A stretch of 64,000 nucleotides of DNA from Leidyana gryllorum EB-2025a (GCA_048772705.1 JBLWGC010000035.1:62001-126000); one strand, 5' to 3'. Counted from the stretch's first letter, positions 46,413 through 57,856 are shown. Notes: a model not told the origin generated them from the sequence alone. A program made the numbers and translations.

Positions 46413-48026
46413 TCAAAAGACGGGCAATGGAACAGGTAGGGCCGGAGTAGTCGGGGTCACCGCAAAAGTACCCACAGCACCAGCAGCAGGCGGCTGGCAT
46501 TCAGTACCGCTGGCATGGTCACACTCGTAAGTAACAGAGAAGACACAGTCAGCCGGCTCACGAAGGACCTGAATACAGCTATCACCTTGCTGGGCGTAAC
46601 CCGCAGGGCAAACAGGGCGAGCTTGAGCGATGCGAACACATCCGTCCATCTGCTCGTCGAACCCGGATGGACAACTGGTCAGGAAGGCAGCAGCTTCCAA
46701 GGCGACACATTCGCAGGGTCGGCCAGGGAGGCACTCCTTGGTGTAGTCGGGGGGGCACTCTTGGAGAGGAGGGACACGTTGGCGCGCGTAACAGAAAGCG
46801 GCATCTCCTTCTGCGTGGCAGACAGGGATAGGAGCAACTTGTTGGCGCACCAAACATCTATTGCCTTGGAGGGTACCCTCATCACAAGCGAAAATAAGTG
46901 CCGTTGAGGTCACACGAGTGCAGGTCTTCTGGACACTGATAGTAGTCTTGGTTGGTTGGGTAATAACCTTGGGAGCAACAGCGGTAACCTCAGCTTCACA
47001 GGGCAAAGCGCGAGCAGCCACACAAGGCGGGCAGGGCTGCACAGTGCAGGTGACAGAGCAGGCCGTTGCAGCAGCAGTGGCAGCAGCTCCACAATCCTTA
47101 GTGGCAGTCAACTGACGCTTGTGACCGTGAGCGTGGCCATGACCGAAACCGACATGACCTATGTGGCCGTGATGACCGACATCAGTGGCAACCAAAGGCG
47201 CGGCAAGAGCCACAGTCTGAGGTGCAACGGAGAAGGGCGCAAGCTTGGGGAGTTCAGGTAGCATCGGGGTGTGTGAAGTGCAGTCATAAACCTCTTCTTG
47301 CAGGCAGGCACCATCAACAAAAGTGAAACCTTCAGGACAGAAAGCACGAGCTTCAGCGAAAGCTTGAACGGTACAACTGCCTGTACGCGCGTCATACGTT
47401 CCCTCGGGACAAGTAGGGGTCAGAGGATGGGGGACTTGACGGATACACTCGGTATCGCTGGCAGCAAACGTGCCATCCGGACAACGGTTCACAAATGCAG
47501 CGCTGATAATCTTGGCACAGTTACCGTCGCGACGACTGTAACCCAAAGGACAACTCTGCAAGAAAGCTGCTCTCCGTTGACATGAACCTTCAAAGGTCTC
47601 AAATCCGCCAGGACACAGGAACCGAGCTGGCTCCACCAAAGTCTGAACACAAGTCTGACCCTCCAATACAAAACCTGGACGCTTGCAGAAGTACTGAGGG
47701 GCGGTTTGATCCACCACCTTTCCCATACGAGCTGAAGCAACCTTGAACTCTGAACGAGTGGCCATCACAGAAGGAGCCACTGCCACTTGTTGAGTTGCAG
47801 GAAGCTGTACTTGAATCAAGCCATGCTTGTGCAACAGGGGCTTGGGCGCAATCAGAGGTTGAGTGGGGAGAAATTGAGGAATCACAACCTGCTGCGGGAT
47901 ACTCACAGCCCGGGCGACATTTCCGCACGCGGCGCCATGTTTGCAGGACCCACCAAGTCCTCCGTGGTGGTGAAAGGTAGCATCACAAATGGATGTAGTG
48001 ATCAAGATTCCCAAAGCAAGCCTCAT
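46413..48026 (-). CDS. Oocyst wall protein-like secreted Cys-repeat protein, 537 aa
   Basis: Signal peptide; regularly spaced CPxGY/F...C repeats and His-rich segments as in COWP/TgOWP proteins. Confidence 0.82.
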   Translation of the reverse strand: MRLALGILITTSICDATFHHHGGLGGSCKHGAACGNVARAVSIPQQVVIPQFLPTQPLIAPKPLLHKHGLIQVQLPATQQVAVAPSVMATRSEFKVASARMGKVVDQTAPQYFCKRPGFVLEGQTCVQTLVEPARFLCPGGFETFEGSCQRRAAFLQSCPLGYSRRDGNCAKIISAAFVNRCPDGTFAASDTECIRQVPHPLTPTCPEGTYDARTGSCTVQAFAEARAFCPEGFTFVDGACLQEEVYDCTSHTPMLPELPKLAPFSVAPQTVALAAPLVATDVGHHGHIGHVGFGHGHAHGHKRQLTATKDCGAAATAAATACSVTCTVQPCPPCVAARALPCEAEVTAVAPKVITQPTKTTISVQKTCTRVTSTALIFACDEGTLQGNRCLVRQQVAPIPVCHAEGDAAFCYARQRVPPLQECPPDYTKECLPGRPCECVALEAAAFLTSCPSGFDEQMDGCVRIAQARPVCPAGYAQQGDSCIQVLREPADCVFSVTYECDHASGTECQPPAAGAVGTFAVTPTTPALPVPLPVF

Positions 48027-48220
48027 TCTAAGTGATCTGCAATCTCCTCCACTAAGACTTCAAAGACTTGACAAACTCGCGTGGTTCGCTTTTCCCCAGA
48101 AAAAGCTCTACTTACACTCGATGCAAATGCACATGCCTGCAACGCGGTTTTCAAAGAAGAAATAACGCGATATTGCGCGACTCATACACCAAACCGAACA
48201 AACAAACACCATTTTACAAA

Positions 48221-48245
48221 GACACACACACACACACACGTGTGT
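48221..48245. repeat. (CA)n tract ending in an ACACACGTGTGT palindrome, upstream of the OWP-like gene
   Basis: gacacacacacacacacacgtgtgt. Confidence 0.75.
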
Positions 48246-48406
48246 TTAATCGACCAGCGTACATTACATCAATGCATAGTCAAACATGAAATCGAAAGGG
48301 TCAAAGATGTAACCACTTCTGACTTCGCACTTCGAGTACGTCAAAGTGCAACAGTGTACAATTACACTCGTAACACACACCGACTCTGACGTCAACCATT
48401 GACGAC

Positions 48407-49891
48407 TTACGGTTTCAGTCGATTAGAGAGCTCAAGCAACGCTTGACCAAGATGTCCCACCAAGGCTGGTCTTTCGGTTCTGGCAATGGCCTCGACAAAA
48501 TATGTTCCAGGAAACATCTCTTCGTTCATATAGCGTGTCTACATACCCATAAGTAAGGTTGTAACAGCCTTCTAGACCTCTTAGGCTCACCGGATAGAAT
48601 CTTTTGACAGCTACCATGATGTGCCGATTGGTACCCGCATCAATATGATAAATTTGGCCTTTGACATAAATGTCGTTCGGTGGTGCTCGCTGGAAACCCA
48701 TTCCGTCGATGATAGTGACAATACTTGGCGACACTGTGGCTTCTTTGACGCGCCGAGCGTTCGCTGGGAAGCCATTGGGTGCAGCCAAATGCTCAGCACT
48801 GTATATGCGAAGTGCGCTGCAGAGAGGAATCAAAGATATCTGGGGATCCATCGAACTTACAATATGTTCCGCAAGTGTTCGGGTAATAGATATCGACGAA
48901 TCCAAAGCTCCTTTGCCGATTTTGAGTGCGACTGGAGGAAAGAATCTGCAACAGAGAGCATAGTGGGAATCAAAAAACAGCATGCTGTCGCTCACCCTGC
49001 GCTGTGGAGTCAATTCGCCAACACTCGTCCTTCCAGAGTCCTCTTTGGCACACATCACACAGCGACTGTAGCAATTTTAGCAATGCTTGGAGCGCTCGGG
49101 GGCATTCGTTGACATTGACAACGCCCATCATTGTGCACTCTGTATATAAGTATTCTTGGGTGGGCGGCAAGGCTACCCCTCCCATTCTGTAGCTCTCCGC
49201 ACCTCCAAACCGCATATTCCCCTGCATCTGACTACCACAGCTTAGGGGGGACGGTATCGGATCGACGGTTTGCCAGATATCTGTGGCTCCACCCATTCCG
49301 TGGCCTTGTGTCAAAGCGAAGTCCGCCTCGAGCAAACTGATACCCGCGATCAGCCTGGCCGATAAGGGAACGTCCCAGAATGTCTTCTCCTCGTTCTCTA
49401 AGGGTCGCTTGCGACTCTTTTCGTACTCAGCTTCATTTCCAAGGTTCTTCTCCTTCTCGGCCTTCAGCTTCTCCATTAGCTGGTGGAAGTACTGGTTTGG
49501 ACCGCTGCCGGGTGGGCGAGTCGGATGTCCTTGGGGAGGCATGCCACCCTGTGGACTCGGCATTGGGGCTCCTCGAGGGTTCCAACCCGCCCGCGGTGGC
49601 ATAGATTGTGGGCGTTGGAAAAAGGCGGCAGCGTCCGGCCTCACGGGCATATCAGGGGGACGCTTCGCCATTGCTCCTTGTGGACCCCCTTGAGGCCCCA
49701 TAGGACGGAAGTGCTGCGAATTGACGTCCGTTCGAGGCGGTCCTCGAAGAACTGCGGCTCCCTGTTGCTGTGCAGCCGCCTGTTTTGCCATAGCGGCCCT
49801 AATATGGGCAGCTTGATCGTACTGTCCCGGGCGCACAGGCATCGACTGACCCATCGCGGGGGGACCTCCTTGACTGCTGGGACGCATGCCT

Positions 49892-49923
<32 letters not shown>

Positions 49924-50544
49924 CTGTTGCCGCATCATCATGGCAGCGTACTGCTGCTGAGTCATCTGGCCTCCTTCAGGGGGTCGGTGAGGAGGATTGC
50001 CCGGTTGCTGTGACGACAAATATTGGCACGGCTGCTGCTGCGCTGGTTGTGAACTCACCTGTTGCGGCACATTGGGCATATTCTGACCCATTATCTGCGG
50101 GTGTGGGAGGTTTCCACCACTTTGTTGAGCACCCTGTAGATGAGGCGTGTAGTGTGACACCTTTCGCTTTCATTACCGGTGGAGCGCGGCCTCCGAATCC
50201 GGGCTGTTGTATCGAATTGCCTCCCATGGGTGGTCTGTGTGCCGTTGGTGGCGCTCTGTGGGGATTCATCATTTGATGCACCCGCCGCGGATCCATATCC
50301 ATCGGCAAATACTGCTGCTGCGCAGCCGCCTGCCGATATTGTTGGGAAGCTTGAGCTTGTTGCATCTCCTGACCAGTCACCACTGTGTACCGCGGCAGCA
50401 TGATTTACCAGTAACTATCTTATGTGCCTTACCATTCCCAGGACGAGGTTGCTGCTGTTGTTGTTGTTGCTGCTGTTGCTGCTGTTGCTGCTGTTGTTGC
50501 TGCATAGCGAACATCCGCATCTGGGCAGCCTCCCGACTCTCCAT
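48407..50544 (-). CDS. MED18: Mediator subunit MED18-like domain fused to a long polyQ/Pro/Gly/Met-rich N-terminus; introns 50383-50432, 50134-50176, 48946-48995, 48817-48860, 48539-48590; a further short 3' exon is possible
   Basis: Spliced C-terminus ECTMMGVV...LLKLLQSLCD...ELWIRRYL...FALRIYS...ARRVKEATVSPSIVTIIDGMGFQ...YVKGQIYH...IMVAVKRFY...YFVEAIA...LSNRLKP is colinear with Med18 motifs as I recall them. Confidence 0.72.
50449..50500. repeat. CAG/CAA polyglutamine tract (17 Q); a second tract lies at 49891-49929
   Basis: Mixed ttg/ctg triplets on the + strand. Confidence 0.9.
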
Positions 50545-50573
50545 GGTGGTGGAGTCAACAAATTTTGTTTCGC

Positions 50574-52004
50574 TCAATGTTTCTCTGCCAAGTCCAAGCC
50601 CTCAATCAAAGAAGCACTACCATCATTGATCCTTATGTAACTAGGTCGACCACGAATAAGTCTAGGAGGGATAATAGAACTGATGTCATTCGTGAATAGC
50701 GGAAATCCCGGCAACCGTAGCTGGTTGATATATCTTGCAAAGTCTTGCCAAGTCTTCTGATGCTTTATGGGCGAAGAGCGGGCCATCATGGCTTCCGCCA
50801 TCTGCCAGCTACAAACGTCCGATTTGATTGATGCGCTCATTGTACACATCTCCAAGGCCAATGGCCCAGCCACCTTGATGGACGACAAACTACCAACTGG
50901 CCAGCTACTCTCAATGTACTCCACAGCATCGATTCGCATGATCGAACCTTCTTTAAATTCCTGCATGTACAGAATGAGCTGTTTGATGAGCTGATTCTGA
51001 TCCTCATCGTTCGTATTGATTACGTGGACTTTCGAAATGCGCGCGATTGGGTATTCCAATGATCGCACACGTCTGCCTGGAACGACGTTGATGTGCGTTA
51101 AGTAGGCCAGGACGCCAAACAGACGGACACACGCGTCAAGAGGGATCCCGTCAGGAGCTTCGATGCAGTCAGCAGCACCTTTGAGGGCGTGCACCGCATC
51201 GTAGGTATGATATGCGTATCGCTCGCGTGTGTGGTGCGCGCAGACATCGCAGGTTGGTATCTGGATGATCCGTGTGGCGGGTCCGGCGCCTTGTAGTTTG
51301 AGTAGCTCGTGTCTTCGTTTGAGCAGGTTGATCGGGAGTCTGATTTCTCTGAGCTTGGGAAACTTGTGTTGAGCAGGTGGCGAGAAGAAGTACTCTACGA
51401 CCCCTAGTTCTCGATTGCAAACGAAAGGTGTTTCTTTGCGTGGATTATAGGTCGGTCGCTCCAGGTATTTGATGGTGAACGTCTGTAGATTGGGGTACTT
51501 GGTATCCCAGCACCTGAGGGAAGCACCTTGTTGTTCGAGTGCTTGCTGTATGAGTTTACGATGATCATTGTTTCTAGAGGTGCACCCGATCCCTGAGACG
51601 GTGACGTTGAAGGAGGTGATAGTGGGCGCTGCTGTTTGTACAATGGCGAGGGCGTCTAGCAGGGAGATTGGTCTTGGTCTTGTAGCGGCATATTTGGTGG
51701 TTTCGTCTCTGAGTACTTGAGAAAGTAGTCGTTTGTCAACGAAGGATGCCCTGGAGTGGTGATGATGTATGTGGCTTTCTTGATGTTCGAATGTGTGTAA
51801 ATAAGGTAGTGACTTTTGAATGACGGTTTGTATTTGTTGGCTTCCGCTTCTCAATATGCCTCTCCATATGAACGGGTTGGTGGTGAGATGTCGAATGATG
51901 ACATTGGAGGCTAATTGATGGCAGTTTCGATTGAGGCGTCGTAGTTTGAGCCAGGTATCGAAGCCATTACCGAAGTCTACTATGAGCTGCAGCCATGTTA
52001 CCAT
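50574..52004 (-). CDS. Hypothetical protein with F-box-like N-terminus and degenerate LRR-like segments; intronless
   Basis: WLQLIVDF...WLKLRRLNRNCHQLA; YPNLQTFTI, FPKLREIRL. Confidence 0.55.
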   Translation of the reverse strand: MVTWLQLIVDFGNGFDTWLKLRRLNRNCHQLASNVIIRHLTTNPFIWRGILRSGSQQIQTVIQKSLPYLHTFEHQESHIHHHHSRASFVDKRLLSQVLRDETTKYAATRPRPISLLDALAIVQTAAPTITSFNVTVSGIGCTSRNNDHRKLIQQALEQQGASLRCWDTKYPNLQTFTIKYLERPTYNPRKETPFVCNRELGVVEYFFSPPAQHKFPKLREIRLPINLLKRRHELLKLQGAGPATRIIQIPTCDVCAHHTRERYAYHTYDAVHALKGAADCIEAPDGIPLDACVRLFGVLAYLTHINVVPGRRVRSLEYPIARISKVHVINTNDEDQNQLIKQLILYMQEFKEGSIMRIDAVEYIESSWPVGSLSSIKVAGPLALEMCTMSASIKSDVCSWQMAEAMMARSSPIKHQKTWQDFARYINQLRLPGFPLFTNDISSIIPPRLIRGRPSYIRINDGSASLIEGLDLAEKH

Positions 52005-52043
52005 TGCATTTTTTGTTTAAGTGTTTGCCACTAGGTGCACCTC

Positions 52044-54395
52044 ATGGCGAAGCGGGGCTATATAACGCCCTTTGGCCTTAACAGGCACATTCTTCTGATA
52101 TGGTACGCCTTTGTTGTCTGGATATCGGGCTATTTTGTCGGCGGTGTGGATGCGATGCGTCGGGTTTTGACAATCAACAACACGGCGGCCCAAGCAACGG
52201 AGAGTTCATTTGATCAAAAGGTGGCCATCGAGAGCATAGTCAATGTTGGATTCGGTGTCGCGACCGCGGCTTCGTGGTTTGTGGCTCGTTACGCCAGTCA
52301 TCGTGATATCAAAAGAACGGCCATTGTGAGCACGGTGCTCTTCGCTGCTGGTCTTCTTCTTTTGATAATGGGTGATCTTCTGCCGCTCAACTACCTGGGA
52401 ATAATGATCGTCGCTTCCACCTTTTCGGCCTCGTTCAATGCACACGTATCTATTGCTCCTCTGTTTCCGGACCGATCGGAGCTCGTCTTTGATGTGATTG
52501 GCGCTGCGCCGGACGGATCCGCGCTCATCCCTCTGGCCTGGATCTATCTGGTGGACTATGTTGAAGCCGAGGCCCCGATGCAGGCCATAGTTCAGGGGTA
52601 CGCGTTCATTGTGATTGTGGCTGCGGTACTTCAAATGGTTCTGATGCCTCGCACTCCCTATTCCGATTTGGTCAGCAAGAAATACCGCGCACGAATGGAG
52701 GAGATGCCCAAGAGGCAGCACCGCTTCACCCGGCCGCTTGCTCGCCTGCCCGGTCTTCGTCGTCTGACTCGTCTGCTCCAGCGAGAAGAACAAGAGGACG
52801 TGGTTCTGGGTGACTTGACTGTTGTGCAACAGGTCATGAGTCCTCTGTTTACCACCACAACAATCTTCTTTGTGGTCAATCTGTTCCGGAAGTACCATCT
52901 GATGTCCACTTTCCGTTATACTGTGATGCAGTATGCCGAATATGACGGCACAGACTCCGGCACGGCTGAAATGATTATTGAGGCTTTGAACATTGCTGCA
53001 GGTCTCAGCTGGATCCCCACTGCCTTCCTGACCCGTCTGACCAACCAGACTGGCGCCATTACCAGCACAGTGATCAACTATGTTCTCATGTTGATCACCT
53101 TTGTGTGCTACGCTATTCCGAGTGTGCCTCTTCAATGGGTCACTGTTGGTACCTTTGCCATCTGGAGCAGCTTTATGTTCAGCAATCTGTTTGGTGTTTT
53201 GACAGAGTACTTTGGATCGCGCTACGTGGCTAATCTTCAGGGACTTCAAATGATCATCGGCGGTCTGGCTGTGGTCGCGCACCCACCCATTATGGATCTG
53301 CTCGGCCAACCATTCATCATTGGGAACACTAACTCTACGGAATACGGCGGCCCCGAAGCTGTTTTCTACGGTATCCCTCTGTTCAATACCATTCACATCC
53401 TCGTGGCGGCCATTAGTCTCATTACGCTCTTCACCGTTGTCTACGAGGCCAGAGTCACCATTCCCCACTACTACAAACTCAGACAGCTCCGCGACGCCAA
53501 ACGCGAGGAGGAACGGAAAGAAATGCAGCTACAGATCCTGCAGACTGCCACTCGCGCAGCCCCGGCGGCGGCCGGCAATGCGCCTTCCCAAGCTGCCCAA
53601 AAGCCTTCGATCACTCAGCAACAACAAGAAGAGCTTTTCCGACTTTTGGATATGTTCAACAAAGGTCCATCCGACCCGTCCATCACAGAAGAAAAAATGG
53701 CTTCAATGATCTTCAGCCAAATGAGCAGTATGGGACTCGATCCCAATATGCTCTTTGAGCAGGATGAAGAGTCTATGGGCAGTGACGGGGATATCGATCT
53801 CCAGTTTGAGGCTCAAGGCGTACGCCGACTCTCCGTTAGACCAGATGGAACTTCTCGACGCTCCTCCAGCATCGTTTCTCGCATCGTTCCCACACAAAAC
53901 CGCAGAACCAGTATCAACAAGATACAGACCATCGGCACCGGAGCCGCCTTCCTCGATGAAAAAGCTGTCGCCGAACTCGCTGGCCAACTCCTCGCAGAAG
54001 AGGCTGCCAAACGATACCCTCGCAGGGTCTCAGCTGGACACGACGACGACCGATACCTCTCCAGCAGCGAGACCAGTGAAGTGATGTACTACGACGCCTC
54101 AAACAATATGCCCAGAAATAACTCTTCCGGACGCTCGTCATCACTCGAAGAGGAGGTCAGACGCCTCTTACCCAACGACGAAGACAATGCCGCCGGGAGA
54201 CACTCCTCACCGGGTGCCGTATCGGACTCGGGCGCTGGGGACTTTGAGGACTCACATCGAGTACCCGTCACCATGGCCAGTACCTACGGCCGTGATGTTG
54301 GAGAGGTCAGCTCCATTGCCATCCCACCACCGGAGGGACGCAGTGGGTCAGCACTCCTTCATCACGACACTTCACAACCCATTGTCTCTCCCTGA
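52044..54395 (+). CDS. MFS transporter, SLC43/LAT3 or apicomplexan ApiAT-like, with long cytosolic tail
   Basis: About 12 hydrophobic helices in a 6+6 arrangement; APLFPDRSELV, PSVPLQWVT, EYFGSRYVANLQGL. Confidence 0.78.
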   Translation: MAKRGYITPFGLNRHILLIWYAFVVWISGYFVGGVDAMRRVLTINNTAAQATESSFDQKVAIESIVNVGFGVATAASWFVARYASHRDIKRTAIVSTVLFAAGLLLLIMGDLLPLNYLGIMIVASTFSASFNAHVSIAPLFPDRSELVFDVIGAAPDGSALIPLAWIYLVDYVEAEAPMQAIVQGYAFIVIVAAVLQMVLMPRTPYSDLVSKKYRARMEEMPKRQHRFTRPLARLPGLRRLTRLLQREEQEDVVLGDLTVVQQVMSPLFTTTTIFFVVNLFRKYHLMSTFRYTVMQYAEYDGTDSGTAEMIIEALNIAAGLSWIPTAFLTRLTNQTGAITSTVINYVLMLITFVCYAIPSVPLQWVTVGTFAIWSSFMFSNLFGVLTEYFGSRYVANLQGLQMIIGGLAVVAHPPIMDLLGQPFIIGNTNSTEYGGPEAVFYGIPLFNTIHILVAAISLITLFTVVYEARVTIPHYYKLRQLRDAKREEERKEMQLQILQTATRAAPAAAGNAPSQAAQKPSITQQQQEELFRLLDMFNKGPSDPSITEEKMASMIFSQMSSMGLDPNMLFEQDEESMGSDGDIDLQFEAQGVRRLSVRPDGTSRRSSSIVSRIVPTQNRRTSINKIQTIGTGAAFLDEKAVAELAGQLLAEEAAKRYPRRVSAGHDDDRYLSSSETSEVMYYDASNNMPRNNSSGRSSSLEEEVRRLLPNDEDNAAGRHSSPGAVSDSGAGDFEDSHRVPVTMASTYGRDVGEVSSIAIPPPEGRSGSALLHHDTSQPIVSP

Positions 54396-54559
54396 TCAAA
54401 GGTGCCCAGGTGAAGAGTGCGTGGTATTGCCATTTCCGCCCCACGGACAACTTTTTTCCGACAACGACACCCTTACAGTGGCTGTGATTGCAGCATAATG
54501 TGTATTAATCGTAGGCCCTCAAAAGCAGTGAGTGTACCCCACTTGAAGTGCTTTGCCCC

Positions 54560-56156
54560 TCAATCCAACGCCTCTTTGTACCGAGCGTCGGCGAGCTGTG
54601 TAAAATTGTGATCGCTCCCGTAGATAGCGCGACACCCTTCCAGGACAGTCTTATACACTCTCCTCGCACGCGAACGATCTTCGACTTGGAGTAATAAATC
54701 GGCATAAGTAAACAGCTGCAGAATACGTAACGGATGATTCGGGATGTGCCAATATAGAAATGTCTGCATCAACACCAATCGCTGTACCAACTTGAGAGCC
54801 ACATCGTCCTGACCCAACTCGAGTGCAATAGAATACGCCTCCGCTTGCATTGAGTAAATGCTGAGATTCAACGGGTGAAACTTTGTTGACAGAACGGCCA
54901 AACTCTGTAAATGTGCGTTCAATACTCGTTGTGCATCGCCCCCACTCGATTTCGCAATCTGATCAATCCGACCACATTGCCGCTTCAGCTCCTCCTGCAG
55001 AAACTGATTGATAATCTCACCCTCATATCCCTCCAAGTCGGGCTCCACAACCAGCACTCCTTCAATGTCCCTCGCCAAACAGTCATCCGGCTCCACAAAA
55101 CCGCTCTCTCCTCCGTTGTCTCCCTGCGACCGCCTCTCTATCTCCGCCATCTCCCACAAACACTGGTCTTCTTGAACAATGGCCTTCACTTCTTCCATAG
55201 CTTCTCTCAACGGCACGCGCCGCTTTGAAGCGTCGCTGCAATAATGACACCCGCACTCGAAACTGTAATCCTTTTGCAGCAATACCCGTCGCTCTCGAGT
55301 TGATCGGGCCAAATCGACGTAACTGTGCACCAACTCCTCGCCCGGCACTATTGGACGCAGTGCGCGGAACACCAACACTCTTCTGTCCTCCACAAAGGTT
55401 GCCGCAACGTTTGGGACACAGCTGTGATTCAGCAGAGACCCCAGCGTGAACACCCCAGCCGCTACCGGAGTAAACAGCTCATCTGATATATAGAAACTGT
55501 TCATTTGAAACCTCAGCAATATATCAGTGGCACACTCGAATGAACAATTTGGGGTCAGCAGTTTGGAGTCCTTCAACAACTCGATCGTACGTCTCAGCCT
55601 CTCCTCTGAAAAAGTCCGTAGCACCCCGTGATGGCATTGCTGAATGAATTGAAGACTCGTCGGCTCCCAGACACCGCACTGCCACTCCGCCGGAGCCATC
55701 TCCACCGTCGGGTCATCAGGGTAGTTGCTCATCTTCAACAGACCATCTTCCTCGAGTCTCCGGGCTGATCGACACAACAACAGTGCCATAGTGCACTGAT
55801 GTTTGTTCAAATCATTCTTCACTGCTGCCAGGCCGAAATCAGCCAATCCTCGACACTGACCCACAAATGTCAAACACCCCGAAATCCCATCCCAAGCTCA
55901 CCTCGCTTTTGTGCTTTCCTTTCTCCCAATCCGCTCGTTGGCACTCTCGAGAGCAATAGCCCGTCTGACATCGTTGACACCGCGAAGTCGAAGGCTGTAA
56001 ACAGTGATTACAGATACGACCCCGCTTTTCCCAAAGAACAGCCGTCGCGTAAGCTCTGTTCGGACACAGTGGCTCTCCAGTACTAATAGGCCGCTCAGCG
56101 ATCACTCCGCGCCCACGTTGTGGCAGAGTTGTAACTCTGAGACCCGAAAAATCCAT
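54560..56156 (-). CDS. SMYD-family SET and MYND domain lysine methyltransferase; one intron near 55855-55900
   Basis: RGRGVIAERPISTGE, MYND CNHC...CQRCQTGYCSRECQRADW, LLNHSCVPN, GEELVHSY, FECGCHYC. Confidence 0.93.
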
Positions 56157-56159
56157 AGT

Positions 56160-57829
56160 ATGAGTTTGATAGCACTCGATTTGGGGGCAGCGTAAGAGTG
56201 ACCTTCACTGGCAATCGTTCCCTCACCGAACCCAGATTTCTGCGGGTTGGACAGGCCTCACCTGCCATCCTCCAACACCCGAGTATCCCCACCACCATTC
56301 TGCCACAATGCATTTTAAAGTGCGTTCCCATGGCCCTCCTGGCCGCTTAATGATGACCGCTCTTGTCCTTGAAGGTGCCATGATGGTTCTCGCATGTATG
56401 GATCCGATATCCCAATGAGTCTAATAGGCTGCACATTGCACCAGCAAATACCTGTTGAGAAAGGATTGGGGCTGCCCGACCTCACCACACCGTTATCATT
56501 CAAAGACCTCATGGGTCGGAATTGTACCATGACTCTTCCAGTCGCTTCAGATAATGTTGTGGACTGGCCTTCCTATCGATTGATGATGCGCGAAGCTTTC
56601 CGAGTGAGCCGCACGTTGGGAGCCTCAATCTCATCGCCCTGTGTCTAGCGAGAAGCTATCAGGCCGGAAAGCCACTTGGCTTTCGCTGAGTCCATCATGA
56701 CGCCAACAAATACTAGTGCCCGGCTCCTCGAAGTCATGCTGGAAGAGCTCGAACCGGCCGCCGTCACTATGGTGGCCTCCCCCGTAGCCGTGCTGGCCAG
56801 CTATGGTACAACTACAGGTGAGGAAAGGGCGACCTATCTAAAAGGAATCTCTGATCAATCAAGGCAGGTCTCGTGTTGGAGTCCGGTGAGGTCAAGACGC
56901 AAGTGGCAGTTATATTGGAGGGCGCGCTGGCAAGGGGAACTTTCAGACGCACAAACCTGGCAGGCCGATGGGTCACCAAGTGAGCTTGTTCCATATTGAA
57001 CAGACAGGCAGTGGTCCTCAGCCGTTTGCTATCATTGTTGCAAACTTCAAATGAATGTCATTTCCCTCCAGCCCTGTCATACTTTGTTGGTACAAGTTTG
57101 AAGCATCGATACGCCTTCGTATCGCCCGATCCCGAGGTCACAAAGAAATTGGCGAAGGAAACGTTCACATTTCTACGCCACACACGTGTCCAACTACCTG
57201 ATGGCACTCGAATGAGTATAGAAGATGAGGCATTCCGATGCTGCGAGGGGTTGGTAACCTTGGAAAAGAACGACCAAGTGGACGGGGTGCGTGATTTAGG
57301 TCTAATACGCTGCTGTCCAAATCCGTGTGTTGCAGCACACACACGCGTTTCCACATTTGATCAAGGGGAGTCTGATGGCGTTGGACACTGATGCTCGATC
57401 GCATGTTTTGGATCACTTGGTGATCGCTGGAGGGAATTCGAGGCTTGCCAATCTGTTACATAGAATGAACCGCGAATTGCCTCGAGTCTATTACACCCCA
57501 AGCCCCGGTCAGTTGACTGTGGACACAGGCGGGATTGGATCACGGAAGTGAGTTGAATGGGAGATGTATGGCAGCATTGACGGTTCAGAATTGAGTTATC
57601 CACACCTAATATGCCAGAGCATAGTATTTGGCGTGGAACCATGGTGCTCGGTAGGTGAACAGTGAGAGTTGAGATCGGCTGATTGTATATAGCCGAGCTG
57701 ACACGTCGAGGTGCTCATGAGAGCAACAGGACTGGGGACGCGTGGGGCAGACTTTGGCGAACCCGAGCAGAGTGTGATGAGGAAGGTTACGCACGTGTAA
57801 TTGAAGGGATGCGGGCGACTTTTGTCTAA
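56160..57829 (+). CDS. Divergent actin-related protein (ARP6/ALP-like); multi-exon
   Basis: IALDLGAA|FLRVG, LPDGTRMSIEDEAFRCCEGL, LVIAGGNSRLANLLHRM, PSP|EHSIWRG, LWRTRAECDEEG. Confidence 0.8.
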
Positions 57830-57856
57830 TTCGAAATGTGGATGTGTTGATGCATC

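Noticed and set aside
52206-53468. 420-aa antisense ORF
   Set aside because: Shadow of the hydrophobic MFS transporter on the + strand; no independent protein features.
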